A stretch of 17,222 bases of DNA from Myxococcota bacterium (GTDB taxonomy: Bacteria > Myxococcota > JACRCW01), in contig JBFMGU010000224.1 of the NCBI GenBank assembly GCA_040752415.1, positions 1 through 17,222 on the forward strand, read 5' to 3'. Below are positions 1-8,745 of this stretch, piece by piece. Position 1 is the first letter of the stretch. Each line of letters starts with the position of its first letter. A program made the position numbers and the translations under genes. The notes beneath the pieces were generated by a model. It had not been told where the DNA came from, made no database searches, and saw only the letters and a program-made list of their open reading frames with translations.

Positions 1-15
1 CTCGCGGCGCCCGCA

Positions 16-48
16 CCTTTGGGAGTGCGGTCTGAAATACCGCTTTGG
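16..48. repeat. REP-like palindromic element (single copy)
   Basis: CCTTTGGGAGTGCGGTCTGAAATACCGCTTTGG is identical over 33 bp to 11579-11611; internal hairpin GCGGT-7nt-ACCGC preceded by GGAG; intergenic. Confidence 0.8.
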
Positions 49-162
49 CTCGGGCTGTCCGGGCTCAACCGGAGCTCCTCTGGGAAAGAGCTTCTGGCCA
101 GGTCCTTGGCTCAGCGCGACCATGTTTGCGGTCAACTGCAGCTGCCGGCAAGGTGCGGACCT

Positions 163-357
163 GTTTTCCGTCGTCATGACAGCGCCGCCCGGGGCTGACC
201 ATTGCCGGCCATGGGGCCTTTTCACGCAGTGCCGGCAACGGGCAGCCCCTACATTGCTGGCCGCTCCTCCGTCGCTTCGACAGGGTGAACGGGGCATGCG
301 TGGGCCGGTTTTCCCTCGTCATGAGTGCGCCGCCCGGGGCTGACCATTTGCCGGCCA
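163..357. repeat. Pair of ~49-bp imperfect direct repeats (163-211 and 308-357)
   Basis: GTTTTCCgTCGTCATGAcaGCGCCGCCCGGGGCTGACCATT-GCCGGCCA vs GTTTTCCcTCGTCATGAgtGCGCCGCCCGGGGCTGACCATTtGCCGGCCA: 3 substitutions and 1 indel, period 145 bp. Confidence 0.85.
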
Positions 358-496
358 CCTGCGGATGTGCTCACCCCTGCGGCCAAACGTCGTTTCAAAT
401 CCGGGATTGGGATTGGGAAACCGTCGCGTTGCCCATCCGCCTGGGAATGATGGTTCTGTCGGCGGGGGAATCTCACGACGGGGAGCTGGCAGCGCA

Positions 497-531
497 GGGT
501 GGGATGGCAGCAGGAACCCGCCACCCCACCC
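497..531 (-). terminator. GC-rich stem-loop just downstream of the 1960-aa gene; possible terminator or 3' stabilising hairpin
   Basis: GGGTGGGATGGC (497-508) pairs with GCCACCCCACCC (520-531) with 1 mismatch and an 11-nt loop, 10 nt after the stop codon; no U-tract. Confidence 0.4.
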
Positions 532-541
532 GGGAACTGCG

Positions 542-3500
542 TCAGCCTTCCACGCAGCCGCCGCCAGGCACGCAGACCGAGCCGCACCCGTCGGGGTCAC
601 CGCAAATGCGACAGAGACACTGCGGCGTGCACGGACCGCCACCACCGCAAATCTGGCCCGGTCCACACGCCTGACCATTGCAGCACGGACGGTTCGGGTC
701 ACAGGGCTCGCCGTCGGGCGCGCACTGACCGCCGCCGCCACAGTAGCCCTCGGGTGGGCACGCCTGGCCGTTGCAGCAGGGATGCGTCGGGTCGCATTGG
801 GCGCCGTCGGGAGCGCAGGCTCCACCGTCGGGGAAGCACTGCATGACAGCCGGGTCGCAGCGGTAGCCGGGGCAGCACTCGGCGTCGGCGGCACACGCGC
901 GTGCATCACACTGGTTCTGCGCACAGATGCCGTTGGCGCAGCTGCCACTGCAGCAGGGACGGTTCGGGTCGCACTGCGCTCCGTCGGAGATGCACTCGTT
1001 CTCGCAGATGCCCTGCGGACCGCAGTACCCGTTGCAGCACGGGATGCCGGCCTGGCACTGCGTGCCAATCGGTGTGCACTGGCTCTCGCAGATGCCGTTG
1101 GCGGAACAGGGCTGGTTGTTGCAGCACGGACGGTTGGGATCACACTGCGCTCCGTCGGGCGTGCAGGCGCCGCCGTCGGGGTAGCACTGCTGGGCCGCCT
1201 GATCACAACGGTACCCTGCACAGCACTCCGCGTCCGTGGCGCAGGGACGGTCGCACTGATTCGGCATGCAGGTGCCGTCGGTGCAGTTTCCGCTGCAGCA
1301 CTCGGTTGCCGCGTTGCACGCCTCACCCTCGACGCGACACTGCCCACCGCCGCCACAAGTCCCGTTGGCAGAGCACGACTGGCCGTTGCAGCAGGGACGG
1401 TTGGGATCACACTGCGCACCGTCGGGCGTGCAGCCTCCGCCGTCGGGGAAGCACTGCATGGCGGCCGGGTCGCAGCGATAACCCGCGCAGCAATCCGCGT
1501 CGGTGGCACAGGTCTGCGCGTCGCACTGGTTGGGTGAGCACACGCCGTTGGCGCAGTTCCCGCTGCAGCACTCCGCATTGACGGCGCACGCCATGCCCTC
1601 TGGGCCACACCCGCCGCCGCAAATGCCCTGTGCATCACACGTCAGACCGGCACAGCAGGTTCCATTGATGCACGGCTGACCCGCTTGCGCACAGGCTCCA
1701 CCGTCGGGGAAGCACTGCATGGCGGCCGGGTCGCAGCGATAACCCGCGCAGCAATCCACGTCGGTGGCACAGGTCTGCGCGTCGCACTGGTTGGGTGAGC
1801 ACACGCCGTTGGCGCAGTTCCCGCTGCAGCATTCTGCGTTGACGGCGCACGCCATGCCCTCTGGGCCACACCCGCCGCCGCAAATGCCCTGTGCATCACA
1901 CGTCAGGCCAGCACAGCAGGTTCCATTGATGCACGGCTGACCCGCTTGCGCACAGGCTCCACCGTCGGGGAAGCACTGCATGACAGCGGGGTCGCAGCGA
2001 TAACCGGCGCAACACTCGGCGTCGGTCACGCAGTTCCGACCATCACACTGGTTCTGCGCACAGGTGCCGTTGACGCAGCTGCCACTGCAGCAGGGAAGGT
2101 TCGGGTCGCACTGCGCTCCGTCGGGGATGCACTCGTTCTCACAGACGCCCTGCGGACCGCAGTACCCGTTGCAGCACGGGATGCCGGCCTGGCACTGCGT
2201 GCCAATCGGTGTGCACTGGCTCTCGCAGATGCCGTTGGCGGAACAGGGCTGGTTGTTGCAGCACGGACGGTTCGGATCACACTGCGCTCCGTCGGGCGTG
2301 CAGGCGCCGCCGTCGGGGTAGCACTGCTGGGCCGCCTGATCACAACGGTAGCCCGCGCAGCATTCCGCATCCGTGGCGCAGGGACGGTCGCACTGATTCG
2401 GCATGCAGACCCCGTCGGTGCAGTTTCCGCTGCAGCACTCGGTTGCCGCGTTGCACGCCTCACCCTCGACGCGACACTGCCCACCGCCGCCACAAGTCCC
2501 GTTGGCGGAGCACGGTTGGCCGTTGCAGCAGGGACGGTTGGGGTCACACTGCGCTCCGTCGGGCGTACAGCCTCCGCCGTCGGGGAAGCACTGCATCGCC
2601 GCTGGGTCACAGCGGTAGCCGGCGCAGCACTCGGCATCGGTCACGCAGTTCCGACCATCACATTGGTTCTGCGCACAGGTGCCGTTGGCGCAGCTGCCAC
2701 TGCAGCAGGGACGGTTCGGGTCGCACTGCACGCCGTCGGGGAGGCACTCATTCTCGCAGATACCCTGCGGACCGCAGTAACCGTTGCAGCACGGGATGCC
2801 GGCCTGGCACTGGGTGCCGATCGGGGTGCACTGGCCCTGGCAGATACCGTTGGAGCAGGGCAGCCCGTTGCAGCACGGACGGTTCGGATCACACGACGCG
2901 CCGTCAGGCCGGCAGGTTCCACCGTCGCCGCAGATGCCATTGACGCACGCTCCGCCACAGCACTCGTCGTTCACCGCGCACGGCTCGCCCGTCGGACGGC
3001 AGCCATTGGGCTCGCAGAATCCGTTGGCCGGACACGGCTGCCCGTTGCAGCATGGACGGTTCGGATCGCACTGCGCCCCGTCGGGGGTGCAGGCGCCGCC
3101 GTCCATGCACACGCCGTTGATGCACGCCAGGCCCGGTGCGCACGGAGCCTGCGCGGAGCACGGCTGACCCGGCCCTCCGCACATCACCACCACGCACTGC
3201 CGCGCCGCACCACACATCTCCCCGGCACGACACGTCCCACAATCCAGCACCTGCCCGCAGCCGTCGTCGACGACGCCGCAGGTGGCGCCCATCTGCTGAC
3301 AGGTGCGCGGCTGACACTGCGGCTGCTGACAGATGCCCTGCGTGCACTCCATGCCGGAGCAGCAGTCCGTTGCCGACGCACAGGTCTGCCCGGCGCTCCC
3401 ACACGCGTTGCACGAGGATCCCTGCAGCGGCACACACACCGTGCTCATCCGCGTGGCGCTGCACTCCAGGCGCCCGTCGATCTGGCACCCATCCCGCACC

Positions 3501-6424
3501 GTCACGCAGGGCTGTCCCACGCCCCATCCCTCGTCGACACTCGTGTTGCAGTTGTTGTCGCGCGCGTCGCACAGCTCGCTGTTGCCGGGGCGCACGGAGG
3601 GGTCGGTGTCATCGCAGTCACCGCCAGCGGAGGGCAGGCCGTCGCCGTCGTTGTCGCACTCCGCCGCGGAGGTGTCGGCGCCGGAGCAGTCCTGGTCCAC
3701 GCCGTCGCCGCACAGGTCGCGGGTGTTGGGGTGGATGGAGGGGTTGGTGTCGTCGCAGTCACCGCCCGCGCCCGGACCGGCGAAGTAGCCGTCGCGGTCG
3801 TTGTCGACGGGGTTGTCCGGGAGATCCACCACCATCAGGTGGACCTCCACGCCCGGTCCACGCTGATTGCTCGCGTCGGTGGCAAACACCACGAAGCGGT
3901 ACACGCCCTCCCCGCCCGGCGTCACCTGGAACGCGCGGCCGGGGAAATTCGCCGGCGGAGCAACCTCGACGAGGTCATGCTGCGGCGTGCCCGGAACCGG
4001 CTGCCACGTGAACGAGATCGCGCCCCCTTCGGGGTCCGTGGCGTAGGCCAGGTAGAGCTGGTGGGTGGCGCCGGTGCTGGGGTCCAGCACGCTGGACAGC
4101 GGGGAGACCAGCGGCTGTCCCGGCGGCAGGTCCGCGTTCTGCGCCACGACGAGAATCCGCGCCTCACCCGGCGAAGAATAGTCCGCACCGTCGTAGGCGA
4201 AGCAGGTCACCACGTACTCGCCGGGGGTGGACGCGGTGAACCAGGCGCGGCGTCCGTCGTGCTGGAGGGACGCGGGCTGCGTCACCGTCCAGGAGTAGGT
4301 GAGTCGAGCGGGATCGCCGTCGGGGTCGTGGGCAATGGCGTCCAGGAAGACCATCTCGCCCGCGCGCAACTCCACGGCGCTGGCGGCAACCTCGCAACGC
4401 GGCGGGATGTTGTCGGGCGGGGGCAGGAACGCCACCACCTCGAACGCGTACGTGATGGTGGCCGGCGCGTCCCCCACGGTGGCCAGGACGCGGTAGAGGC
4501 CCGGCTCCTGGGCGGTGACGTCGACGGAATCACCGGCCGGGACCAGCGTGACCGCGCCGTCGGCGCTCCACTGCACGGGCAGCGGGCCGTTCTCCACCAC
4601 CACCGACAACGACGCGGAGACCCCCACCGGCACCGCCACCACGTCGCCGGGAACGCCGAACACCACGGGGCGCGGCACGTCGAACTGCGGGTCAAACGAC
4701 GTGGCCAGTCCGTCGCAGTCGTCGTCGAGACCGTCGCGGTTGACCAGGTCCGTCACCACTACACGCTGGCCACCCAGCGGGGAGCCCGCCACCGAGGAGA
4801 CGCGGTCCGCCTCCTCCGCCGCCACCACCTGCACCACCACCTCCGCGGTGACCTCCAGCTCGGCGCCCGGCGCGGCGTCCACCCGACGAGCCACCACCAC
4901 CGCGCGCTCATTGCGCAGGTAGGAAGCCACCACGTCCAGCGCGCTGCCTTCCACGCTTTCCACGGCCAGCACGCGACCGCTCTCGTCGGCAACGGACAGG
5001 CGCAGGCGTCCACCGGCCTCCGGCACGGCGGAGGAAACCAACGCGTGCATCTCACGGATGCCGTCGGGCCCCGTCAGCGTCACCCGCGTCAACACCTGCA
5101 GCGCCCTTCCCTCGGTGAGGCTCGCCAGCACGTCGGCGGCATTGCTGGCGCCCGGCGGCGCACCCGCCACGCCGGAAGCGGGAATCTGCTGCAGCAAGGG
5201 AACGAGCAACGGCTGCACCAGCACATCCGAGGCGCAGGTGCTGTTGGCGCTGCCGTGGTCGACGTCAATGCTGACCAGCGTGGGGTCGGAGGAGGCCAGG
5301 TACGTGCTGAAGTGCTGCACCTCCGCCACGGCAATCCCCGCCGCGGTGTCGACGGAAACCAGCGGCACGGTCTCCCACCGCCCCGAGGCCTGGTCGAACG
5401 TCTGGACCTGGATGTTGCCCTGCGCCAGCACCGCAGCGGAGACGGGGATCTGGATGTGCACCGGCTGCGCGAACACCAGGCCGGAAGGGCCGAACTCCAC
5501 CGGGATCAGGTCGGTGGCCTGCAGGCCCGCCAGCAACGCTTCCGCGGGCGGCACCAGGTTCGCCACGGCGGAGATGGTGAGGTCCACGTCGCTCTCCAGC
5601 GCTCCTGGCGGAATCACCAGCGAGGTGCCGGCAATCTCGGAGAGCGGCGCGTCCACGCGAACCACGGCGCCGTCGGGGTCGGACGCGCTGACGGTCTGCT
5701 GCGTTTCCACCGTCACGCCCGCCACGCTCACCACGAAGGACTGGTCAATGACCTCGCCATCCAGCACCGCCTGCACGGTGAAGGAATGGGAACCCATCTG
5801 GTTGGCGCTGGGCGTCCAGGTGATGCGGCCGCTGGAATCCACCGCTGCACCCGTCGGAGCAATGGGCAGCGTCCAGGTGGCCACTCCCGAGCGCGAGAGC
5901 GTGGCCTGGTAGCTCCACGGCTGGTCCTGGAGGCCCTGCGGCACGGGGAGGGAGCGGAAGTACAAGCGCGCCGCCGGCTCACCCGAGCTGCTGCTTCCCG
6001 ACGAGGAAGTGGAAGAAGACGACGAGGTGGATGCCGCCCCGCTGGTGCTCCCGGACGTGGCCCCGCCCCCCGACGACGAGGACGCTCCGCTGCCGCTGCC
6101 CGCGCCCCCCGACGACGACGCGCCGCTACCCCCGCCCGAGGACGTAGCCCCATTGCCGCCCGACGAGCTCGACGCGTTGCCGCCCGAGGACGTGGAGCCG
6201 TTCGCCGCGGATGAGCTGGACACCACGCCGCTGCTCGACGACGATGACTGGCCCGAACCACTGCCGCCCGACGAGGAAGAACCCGTCTCCGCGGAGCTGG
6301 AGCCCCCGCCGGTCGACGAGCTGGTTGACGAGGAAGCGGGGTCGCCGCTGCTGGATGACCCGGTACCGCCGGAGCACGCAGCAAGGGACAACAACGTCAT
6401 GACGACGAGCGAGGAACGACGCAT
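542..6424 (-). CDS. Giant cysteine-rich surface lipoprotein (1960 aa): Ser/Gly linker, putative Ig (He_PIG/cadherin-like), ZU5-like, PKD/Ig-like domains, two MopE-type putative metal-binding motifs, long Cys-rich repeat array
   Basis: ATG with GAGGGGAG RBS 6 nt upstream; signal peptide MRRSSLVVMTLLSLAA-C (lipobox LAAC); Ser/Gly tract ~aa18-148; PTGAAVDSSGRITWTP (He_PIG-like); LVIPPGAL..FGPSGLVFAQPV..HFSTY (ZU5-like); DPDGD..LTYSW and DPEGGAISFTW (PKD-like); DCDDTNPSIHP..CGDGVDQDC and DCDDTDPSVRP..CDARDNNC (MopE-type); C-C-CC-C-C modules. Confidence 0.92.
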   Translation of the reverse strand: MRRSSLVVMTLLSLAACSGGTGSSSSGDPASSSTSSSTGGGSSSAETGSSSSGGSGSGQSSSSSSGVVSSSSAANGSTSSGGNASSSSGGNGATSSGGGSGASSSGGAGSGSGASSSSGGGATSGSTSGAASTSSSSSTSSSGSSSSGEPAARLYFRSLPVPQGLQDQPWSYQATLSRSGVATWTLPIAPTGAAVDSSGRITWTPSANQMGSHSFTVQAVLDGEVIDQSFVVSVAGVTVETQQTVSASDPDGAVVRVDAPLSEIAGTSLVIPPGALESDVDLTISAVANLVPPAEALLAGLQATDLIPVEFGPSGLVFAQPVHIQIPVSAAVLAQGNIQVQTFDQASGRWETVPLVSVDTAAGIAVAEVQHFSTYLASSDPTLVSIDVDHGSANSTCASDVLVQPLLVPLLQQIPASGVAGAPPGASNAADVLASLTEGRALQVLTRVTLTGPDGIREMHALVSSAVPEAGGRLRLSVADESGRVLAVESVEGSALDVVASYLRNERAVVVARRVDAAPGAELEVTAEVVVQVVAAEEADRVSSVAGSPLGGQRVVVTDLVNRDGLDDDCDGLATSFDPQFDVPRPVVFGVPGDVVAVPVGVSASLSVVVENGPLPVQWSADGAVTLVPAGDSVDVTAQEPGLYRVLATVGDAPATITYAFEVVAFLPPPDNIPPRCEVAASAVELRAGEMVFLDAIAHDPDGDPARLTYSWTVTQPASLQHDGRRAWFTASTPGEYVVTCFAYDGADYSSPGEARILVVAQNADLPPGQPLVSPLSSVLDPSTGATHQLYLAYATDPEGGAISFTWQPVPGTPQHDLVEVAPPANFPGRAFQVTPGGEGVYRFVVFATDASNQRGPGVEVHLMVVDLPDNPVDNDRDGYFAGPGAGGDCDDTNPSIHPNTRDLCGDGVDQDCSGADTSAAECDNDGDGLPSAGGDCDDTDPSVRPGNSELCDARDNNCNTSVDEGWGVGQPCVTVRDGCQIDGRLECSATRMSTVCVPLQGSSCNACGSAGQTCASATDCCSGMECTQGICQQPQCQPRTCQQMGATCGVVDDGCGQVLDCGTCRAGEMCGAARQCVVVMCGGPGQPCSAQAPCAPGLACINGVCMDGGACTPDGAQCDPNRPCCNGQPCPANGFCEPNGCRPTGEPCAVNDECCGGACVNGICGDGGTCRPDGASCDPNRPCCNGLPCSNGICQGQCTPIGTQCQAGIPCCNGYCGPQGICENECLPDGVQCDPNRPCCSGSCANGTCAQNQCDGRNCVTDAECCAGYRCDPAAMQCFPDGGGCTPDGAQCDPNRPCCNGQPCSANGTCGGGGQCRVEGEACNAATECCSGNCTDGVCMPNQCDRPCATDAECCAGYRCDQAAQQCYPDGGACTPDGAQCDPNRPCCNNQPCSANGICESQCTPIGTQCQAGIPCCNGYCGPQGVCENECIPDGAQCDPNLPCCSGSCVNGTCAQNQCDGRNCVTDAECCAGYRCDPAVMQCFPDGGACAQAGQPCINGTCCAGLTCDAQGICGGGCGPEGMACAVNAECCSGNCANGVCSPNQCDAQTCATDVDCCAGYRCDPAAMQCFPDGGACAQAGQPCINGTCCAGLTCDAQGICGGGCGPEGMACAVNAECCSGNCANGVCSPNQCDAQTCATDADCCAGYRCDPAAMQCFPDGGGCTPDGAQCDPNRPCCNGQSCSANGTCGGGGQCRVEGEACNAATECCSGNCTDGTCMPNQCDRPCATDAECCAGYRCDQAAQQCYPDGGACTPDGAQCDPNRPCCNNQPCSANGICESQCTPIGTQCQAGIPCCNGYCGPQGICENECISDGAQCDPNRPCCSGSCANGICAQNQCDARACAADAECCPGYRCDPAVMQCFPDGGACAPDGAQCDPTHPCCNGQACPPEGYCGGGGQCAPDGEPCDPNRPCCNGQACGPGQICGGGGPCTPQCLCRICGDPDGCGSVCVPGGGCVEG
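647..3091 (-). repeat. Intragenic array of 28 consecutive six-cysteine (C-C-CC-C-C) modules with block duplications
   Basis: Counted from the translation, e.g. CTPDGAQCDPNRPCCNGQPCSANGTC and CRVEGEACNAATECCSGNCTDGVC. DNA blocks 836-1450 and 1973-2587 (615 bp) are near-identical and flank two tandem 261-bp units (1451-1711, 1712-1972). Confidence 0.92.
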
Positions 6425-6575
6425 TGTGGACTCCCCTCGAGGCGCGCATCCGCATCACGCGCGCGAAACGGGCCCGAGGCTAGAACGCGAAGACAACACG
6501 AAACAACGCCTTTTTTCCCGGCGCGCGCGGCCAGCCGTGTGGGCCAAGGTGGTGTTGTGGCGGAGCACCCGTCCG

Positions 6576-6590
6576 TGGCGTCACGTTTGC
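6576..6590 (+). promoter_or_regulatory. Candidate sigma-54 -24/-12 promoter for pepF
   Basis: TGGCGTCACGTTTGC fits TGGC-N7-TTGC with exact GG-N10-GC spacing, ~70 nt upstream of the ATG in a divergent intergenic region. Confidence 0.4.
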
Positions 6591-6661
6591 GCCGGCTGGC
6601 GCGCGTGGGCTACCGAGCGCCGCGTTCCTGAGCGACCTGGAGAATTCCCGAAGGAGAAACC

Positions 6662-8593
6662 ATGCGCACCTTCCCTCGCCTCGCCTTGCTGTGCGGCCTG
6701 GTCCTTGTCCCCGCGTTTGGCGTGGCCGCCACCCAGGCCATCAAGGCCGCCTTTGTCCCCGACGCCAACCTCGAGCGCGCCAAGGTTCCCGAGCAGTACA
6801 AGTGGAAGCTGGACCCGCTCTTCAAGGACGACGCCGCGTTTGAAGCTGCGCTGTCCGCCATCCCCGGCGAACGCGCGAAGATGCGCGAGCTCAAGGGCAA
6901 GCTCTCCCAACCCGCCGAGCTCAGGAAGTGCCTGGACCTCTACTTCCAGACCCGCCTGGCGCTGAACAAGTTGACCCTCTACGCACACCTCCGCGTGGAC
7001 ACCGACCAGAAGAACGCCGCGCTGCAGGCCATGGACGAGAAGGCGCAGAAGGCCATGGCGGATTTCTCCGCGGACGCTTCGTTCATCCGCCAGGAGGTCC
7101 TCAAGCTGGACGAAGCGGCCATGAAGGACGCGCTAAACAAGGAGCCCGGCCTGGCGCAATACAAGCCGTACATTGACGAGATGCGACGTCGCCGCGCGCG
7201 GGTGTTGGATGAGCAGGCGGAGCGGGTGCTCTCCCTGGCCGGCGACAACCAATGGGCGGAGATCGACCTCAACGAGATTCCCTCCGACCACGAGAAGACC
7301 TTCAAGGCCGCGCTCGCGGACGTCCCGCTGCCCAGGATTGTCGACGAGCAGGGCAAGGAGGTGCAGCTCACGCTGGCCAACTACCCGCGCTTCCGCGGCT
7401 CCAGCGACCGCCGGGTGCGCCAGGACGCCGTGGCCAAGCTGATGGGCACCCTGCGTCAGTACCAGCACATCTTCGCCAGCACGCTCTCCGGTCAGGTGAA
7501 CTTCAACATCTTCCTGGCCCGCTCCCGCGGCTATCCCACGGCGCTGGCCGCGTACCTCGACAAGGACAACATCGACACCGCCGTCTACACGAACCTCATC
7601 CAGGCGGTGAACGCCAACCTTGCGCCGCTGCACCGCTACGTGGCGCTGCGCAAGCAACTCATGAAGCTCCCGGATCTGCACCTCTACGACCTCTACGTCC
7701 CCATGACCGCCGAGACGAAGATGGATTTCACCTACGAGGACGGCGCGCGCATCATCCCGGAAGCTCTGGCCCCGCTGGGTCCCGACTACGTGAAGGTGCT
7801 GAAGGAGGCCCTGGCGCCGGGCTCCGGTTGGGTGGACGTGTTTCCCAACAAGGACAAGGCCAGCGGTGCGTTCTGCGCCAGCGTGTTCGGCATGCACCCG
7901 TTCATGAAGCTCAACCACCTCAATGATTTTGACGGTCTCTCAACGCTGGCGCACGAGCTGGGCCACGCGCTGCACAGCCACCTGTCCATGAAGCACCAGC
8001 CGTACGTGACGTCGAGCTACGTGCCGTTCATCGCGGAGATTGCGTCCACCATCAATGAGAAGCTGCTCAGCGACCACCTCGTGAAGAAGGCCAGGACGCC
8101 GCAGGAGAAGGTTGCCGTGCTGACCAAGCTGGTGGAGTCCATCCGCACCACCATCTACCGGCAGACGCTCTTCGCGGAGTTCGAGCTGGCGGTGCACACC
8201 GCGGCGGAGAACGGCACGCCGTTGACGAGCGAATTCCTGGACAAGACCTACGGCGACCTGGTGCGCAAGTACTACGGTGCGGGCTTCACCGTCGACGAGA
8301 ATGACGGCATGGAGTGGGCGTACATCCCGCACTTCTATTACAAGTACTACGTCTTCGCGTACGCCAACGGCCTCTCCGCCGGCATCGCGCTCGCGGAGAA
8401 GATCCAGACGGGGAAACCCGCCGCGCGCGACGCATACCTGGGCATGCTAAAGGGCGGCTCCTCCAAGCCCCCGCTGGACCTCCTCAAGGGCGCCGGCGTG
8501 GATCTCACCCGTCCCGACGCCGTGGAGGCGGCCGCGCGCCTCATGGACAAGACGTTGGCGGAGCTGGAGAAGCTGCTGGCCGCCAAGAAGTGA
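6662..8593 (+). CDS. pepF: Oligoendopeptidase F (M3B zinc metallopeptidase) with predicted N-terminal signal peptide
   Basis: AAGGAG RBS 5 nt upstream; RAKVPEQYKWKLDPLF N-terminal motif, LHLYDLYVP, KASGAF, zinc motif HELGH (7952-7966), AEIASTINE, RQTLFAEFE, WAYIPHFY..YYVFAYA, LKGGSSKPP..LKGAGVD. Confidence 0.95.
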   Translation: MRTFPRLALLCGLVLVPAFGVAATQAIKAAFVPDANLERAKVPEQYKWKLDPLFKDDAAFEAALSAIPGERAKMRELKGKLSQPAELRKCLDLYFQTRLALNKLTLYAHLRVDTDQKNAALQAMDEKAQKAMADFSADASFIRQEVLKLDEAAMKDALNKEPGLAQYKPYIDEMRRRRARVLDEQAERVLSLAGDNQWAEIDLNEIPSDHEKTFKAALADVPLPRIVDEQGKEVQLTLANYPRFRGSSDRRVRQDAVAKLMGTLRQYQHIFASTLSGQVNFNIFLARSRGYPTALAAYLDKDNIDTAVYTNLIQAVNANLAPLHRYVALRKQLMKLPDLHLYDLYVPMTAETKMDFTYEDGARIIPEALAPLGPDYVKVLKEALAPGSGWVDVFPNKDKASGAFCASVFGMHPFMKLNHLNDFDGLSTLAHELGHALHSHLSMKHQPYVTSSYVPFIAEIASTINEKLLSDHLVKKARTPQEKVAVLTKLVESIRTTIYRQTLFAEFELAVHTAAENGTPLTSEFLDKTYGDLVRKYYGAGFTVDENDGMEWAYIPHFYYKYYVFAYANGLSAGIALAEKIQTGKPAARDAYLGMLKGGSSKPPLDLLKGAGVDLTRPDAVEAAARLMDKTLAELEKLLAAKK

Positions 8594-8601
8594 CCCGCCG
8601 A

Positions 8602-8655
8602 CGAGAACCAGGCAACCGATCGTCGGAGGAAGGGGGTCGGGATCCGCGGTTCTCG
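8602..8655 (+). terminator. Stem-loop downstream of pepF
   Basis: CGAGAACC (8602-8609) pairs with GGTTCTCG (8648-8655), with inner CCGATC/GGTCGG pairing; starts 8 nt after the stop codon; no U-tract. Confidence 0.35.
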
Positions 8656-8745
8656 AGGACACGTTGTCGGATTCCAACGCGCGTGGCATGAAAACCCGCC
8701 GGTGGGGATGCTGGACCTCCGCCCCACCCAGGACGCGCGGAATCC

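Noticed and set aside
163..357. Possible CRISPR array
   Set aside because: Only two repeats, about 49 bp long with a 96-bp gap, and no cas genes in the window.
1946..6214. 1422-aa plus-strand ORF (also 365-1537, 319-1638 and other ORFs overlapping the giant gene)
   Set aside because: Antisense or alternate-frame shadows of the 1960-aa CDS. Stop-poor frames are expected in GC-rich, codon-biased repetitive DNA, and the translations show no recognisable motifs.
6009..6965. 318-aa acidic/Pro-rich ORF
   Set aside because: It is the reverse complement of the Ser/Gly linker running into pepF out of frame; a low-complexity artefact.
8684..8699. TGGCATGAAAACCCGC as a sigma-54 promoter for the ASH lipoprotein
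   Set aside because: GG-to-GC spacing is 11 nt rather than the required 10, and the -12 element is poor.
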